Source: Mayamaea pseudoterrestris (Eukaryota). From it: 64,000 nucleotides of DNA. Both the position numbers and the translations under genes were made by a program. The notes under the pieces were generated by a model, which saw only the letters and a list, made by a program, of their open reading frames with translations, did not search any database and was not told the DNA's origin. Positions 61,193 through 64,000 of the stretch are shown piece after piece. Position 1 is the first letter of the stretch. The number at the start of each line of letters is the position of its first letter. The stretch spans positions 2,170,001 to 2,234,000 of the forward strand of contig BROI01000001.1 in the NCBI GenBank assembly GCA_027923505.1, written 5' to 3'.

Positions 61193-63355
61193 ATGTTCAT
61201 TGGCTTATCGGATGAGCATGGAGGAGACGTGATTCAAGTATGGAATCCGAAGACGAATCGAGTCTGTCTAGTTAGAGACTGGTCGTCACTCAAACGCTGG
61301 TATTACAACGAACCCAACAAGGAGCTGCGTGAACTAAAGGAACAGCAGCAGCCAGAAGAATGGGAGTGGGACCCCGACGCTGAACTTGCGGAGCGCGAAG
61401 CTAAGGAAGAGCAAGAAGAAGAAGAAGAAGATGAAGAGGCCGAGCAAGAAGGAACGAATGAAGAGGAAGAAGGCGGCAGAAGCGGTACGACACGCTCAGG
61501 ACGCGCAGTAAATCCTCCTCGACGTTTGATTGAAGAGATGGCAGCGGCAGCATGGCATACTGAGGTTGCGGAGCGAGCGCTTGTCGTCTACCCTCAAGAG
61601 AATGAGTATAATGCGGGGATCCTACAAGCAATGGATACGGACGAGTACGTTCCGATATACAAGGAAGAGGTCAGCTGGGTTGGAGCAGGGATTGGTGGCG
61701 GATTCACCAACACCAACGAGCTGCAGACTATCAAGTACGAAGACGCAATGGCTGGTCCTAACAAGAAAGAATGGGAGGCAGCGCTCGATCGCGAGCGAGC
61801 GAACGTGGAAGGCAAAGGAACCTATGAGGTCGTGCCGCGTTCATCAATGCCAGCAGGAACGAAACTGATCGGCAACACATACGCTTTTAAGAAGAAAGCG
61901 AACGGCATTTACAAAGCCAGATTGGCAGCGCAAGGATTCATGCAGATTCCAGGCAAGCACTACAACCCCAAGCATGTGTCATCACCCGTCGTGATGGATT
62001 CGACGATACGCTTGGTGCTTGGCCTAATGCTGATGGCAGGATGGGGAGCAGAGATAATGGACGTGCGAGGCGCGTTCCTACAAGGAGAGTTTCTGGACAA
62101 CGAAGAGCTCTATATGAAGATGCCGAAAGGATTTGAAAAGCATCATCCACCTAACTCGGTGTGCAGAATGCTGCGGCCGTTGTACGGATTTATACAAGCG
62201 TCATACGCCTTCTGGGTGGCGCTATGGAAAGCGATGCAAAGGATGGGATACGCGAAGAGCAAGGCGGATCCATGCTTGTACTTTAAATGGACAGCAATTG
62301 GACTGTCAATCTGGATGAGCTTCATCGACGACTGTTTCAATACGGGTCCAGATAAGCTGATTGCAATTGCGAAGAACAAGATGAACGAAGAGTTCGATAT
62401 GGAGGATCTAGGGGAGATGAAAGAGTACGTCGGATGCAAGATTGAAAGGAATAGGGAGGAACGGTCCCTCAAGATTACTCAACCAGTCATCATTCAAAGC
62501 TTGAAGGACGAGTTTGAATTGTCAGAAGGAGGCGAGGAGCCTCGAACACCAGCAGAACCAGGAACGGTTCTAGTGAAAGGAAAGCCGACTGAGTCACCTG
62601 AGCTGCACTCTATGTACAGATCAGCTGTGGGCAAGCTGCAGTGGGTGAAGCGCCAGACGAGGGCGGATTTGGTTAACGCGGTAAGAGAGTTATCGAAGTG
62701 GGTATCGGGCCCATCGGCTGCTCATTTAAAAGCAGTCGACAGATGCATGAGGTACACTCTTGCAACAAAGAACAGAGGCGAGGTCATGAAGGCGGACGCC
62801 GAATGGGATGGAAGCCCAGAGCATGAGTTTGTTCTGTGGGCAGTGAGCGACTCTGATCACGCAAAGGATCCAGACAGTCGCCGCAGTATTACGGGGTATT
62901 GCACGTTTATGCACGGCATGCCTATCGTCAGAAAAGGGAAGCAACAGGAGTTTGTGACTCTATCGCCAACTGAGTCGGAGCTCGTTGGAGAAACGGAAGC
63001 GGTAAGGGACTTGCTCGCGCACAAGAAGCTGCTCGAGTCAATCGGTTTGAAAGTCAAGCTCCCAATGAAAGTCATGGGAGACAATAGAGGCGTCAAGGAG
63101 CTGATGGAGAATCAGTCTACAGGCGGGCGAACGAGGCACATTGATGTGCGCTATTACTTTCTGCGTGAGTTGCAGGAAGAAGGAATCATTGAGTTGGTTT
63201 GGATCCCAGGCAAGACGAACCCTGCGGATCTCTTCACCAAGAATTTGGGAGGAAGTGACTTTGAGCGTCACACGGCTCGATTCACTGGAGTGGACGAGTA
63301 CATGCGGTTGATAGACCGCGCTGGAGAAGAAGGCGTGAGCGCCGACGAGGAATAG
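61193..63355 (+). CDS. Copia B integrase C-terminus, reverse transcriptase and RNase H
   Basis: YKARLAAQG, MDVRGAFL, LYGF, FIDD, SDSDHA, TESE, RHIDVRY and ADLFTK. Same reading frame as 58910. Confidence 0.95.
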   Translation: MFIGLSDEHGGDVIQVWNPKTNRVCLVRDWSSLKRWYYNEPNKELRELKEQQQPEEWEWDPDAELAEREAKEEQEEEEEDEEAEQEGTNEEEEGGRSGTTRSGRAVNPPRRLIEEMAAAAWHTEVAERALVVYPQENEYNAGILQAMDTDEYVPIYKEEVSWVGAGIGGGFTNTNELQTIKYEDAMAGPNKKEWEAALDRERANVEGKGTYEVVPRSSMPAGTKLIGNTYAFKKKANGIYKARLAAQGFMQIPGKHYNPKHVSSPVVMDSTIRLVLGLMLMAGWGAEIMDVRGAFLQGEFLDNEELYMKMPKGFEKHHPPNSVCRMLRPLYGFIQASYAFWVALWKAMQRMGYAKSKADPCLYFKWTAIGLSIWMSFIDDCFNTGPDKLIAIAKNKMNEEFDMEDLGEMKEYVGCKIERNREERSLKITQPVIIQSLKDEFELSEGGEEPRTPAEPGTVLVKGKPTESPELHSMYRSAVGKLQWVKRQTRADLVNAVRELSKWVSGPSAAHLKAVDRCMRYTLATKNRGEVMKADAEWDGSPEHEFVLWAVSDSDHAKDPDSRRSITGYCTFMHGMPIVRKGKQQEFVTLSPTESELVGETEAVRDLLAHKKLLESIGLKVKLPMKVMGDNRGVKELMENQSTGGRTRHIDVRYYFLRELQEEGIIELVWIPGKTNPADLFTKNLGGSDFERHTARFTGVDEYMRLIDRAGEEGVSADEE

Positions 63356-63676
63356 CCGTCTCATGGCGGAGCGTGTTGAGAGTAAATACGTTTTGCATGA
63401 GACTTGGCTATGTAACTGATGGGAAAGTATATGTGCCCGAGAAGGGGCGAAGGGATTCGCTAAGTGGGTCCTAAGTAATTGAGTGAATGATACAGTCAGC
63501 TGTTCTGACTGTCTAAGTGGAGGTCCGTGGGCGACCGAGATATAGGCTATGAGCGAAGTAGGTTGGCGAGGGTGCGGATGCACCTCGACCAGGTTTGAAA
63601 TAATAAAGATCACTTTTCTATGGCAACAACAGGTTGTAGAACATACTAGTAGCAATTTTCTGAAGACCTTCCAGCA

Positions 63677-64000
63677 TCTCCAATCTGATTGCACGAAAGG
63701 TTCAAAATTTTGAGCCTCGTTTGTTGCTTCGTCTGCTTGGGTGTATCATTTGCGTCGATACCATTCTGCAGTGGCGAGCGCGATCCAACATCGTCTTCGT
63801 CCTCGTTTGACGCGTCACCCAGTTCGGTCAAATCTTCCTCTTCACTGCCGTCTCCGTCTCCGTCTTCGTCATCCTCACTCACGTCTTCCTCATATACTAG
63901 TCCATGCGCAATAGAGATACACCTAGAATTCTGAATCTTGTTGTTGGCTAGTTGAAGCACCTGCAGATTGGTCATGCCCAATAGCCGATCGCCCAAGTGC
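63677..64000 (-). pseudogene. 5' part of the interrupted LRR-kinase gene (continues beyond the window)
   Basis: LQVLQLANNKI and LKILNLSCNQIGD LRRs; joins in frame to GGAGAFVELL across the TSD. Confidence 0.88.

Larger units (their letters stand above)
58534..63676 (+). mobile_element. Full-length Ty1/copia family B: LTRs 58534-58836 and 63374-63676 (303 bp), 5-bp TSD TCTCC
   Basis: TG...CA LTRs with no differences seen. TCTCC at 58529-58533 and 63677-63681. Order gag-PR-INT-RT-RH. Confidence 0.98.

Overview
This is eukaryotic DNA, most likely from a diatom. That call is inferred from short GT-AG introns, signal-peptide-led plastid-type proteins and diatom-style (CoDi-like) Ty1/copia elements. 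Bases 1-42.8 kb form a repeat domain. It holds three tandem satellite families (169, 348 and ~176 bp), all built around dyad symmetries at roughly nucleosome spacing. Two copia families are nested in them (A: 329-bp LTR; C: 194-bp LTR), along with an indel-riddled island of four ordinary genes at 13.7-19.3 kb. Bases 43-64 kb are compact and clean: MCM7, a DUF1823 protein, an ARM protein, a methyltransferase-like protein, a TA-flanked MITE, Rab8/RabE, and an LRR-pseudokinase gene split by a very young full-length copia (family B; identical LTRs, TCTCC target-site duplication). The most striking observation is that none of the three copia families has a canonical TGG primer-binding site. Family C has a 12-nt PBS perfectly complementary to its own LTR, which suggests Tf1-like self-priming. 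Family A has a PBS matching a tRNA-Asn anticodon arm, which suggests half-tRNA priming, and it also carries a chromodomain-like segment after the integrase. Family B has a 12-bp palindrome at the PBS position. All comparisons were made by eye; no searches were run.
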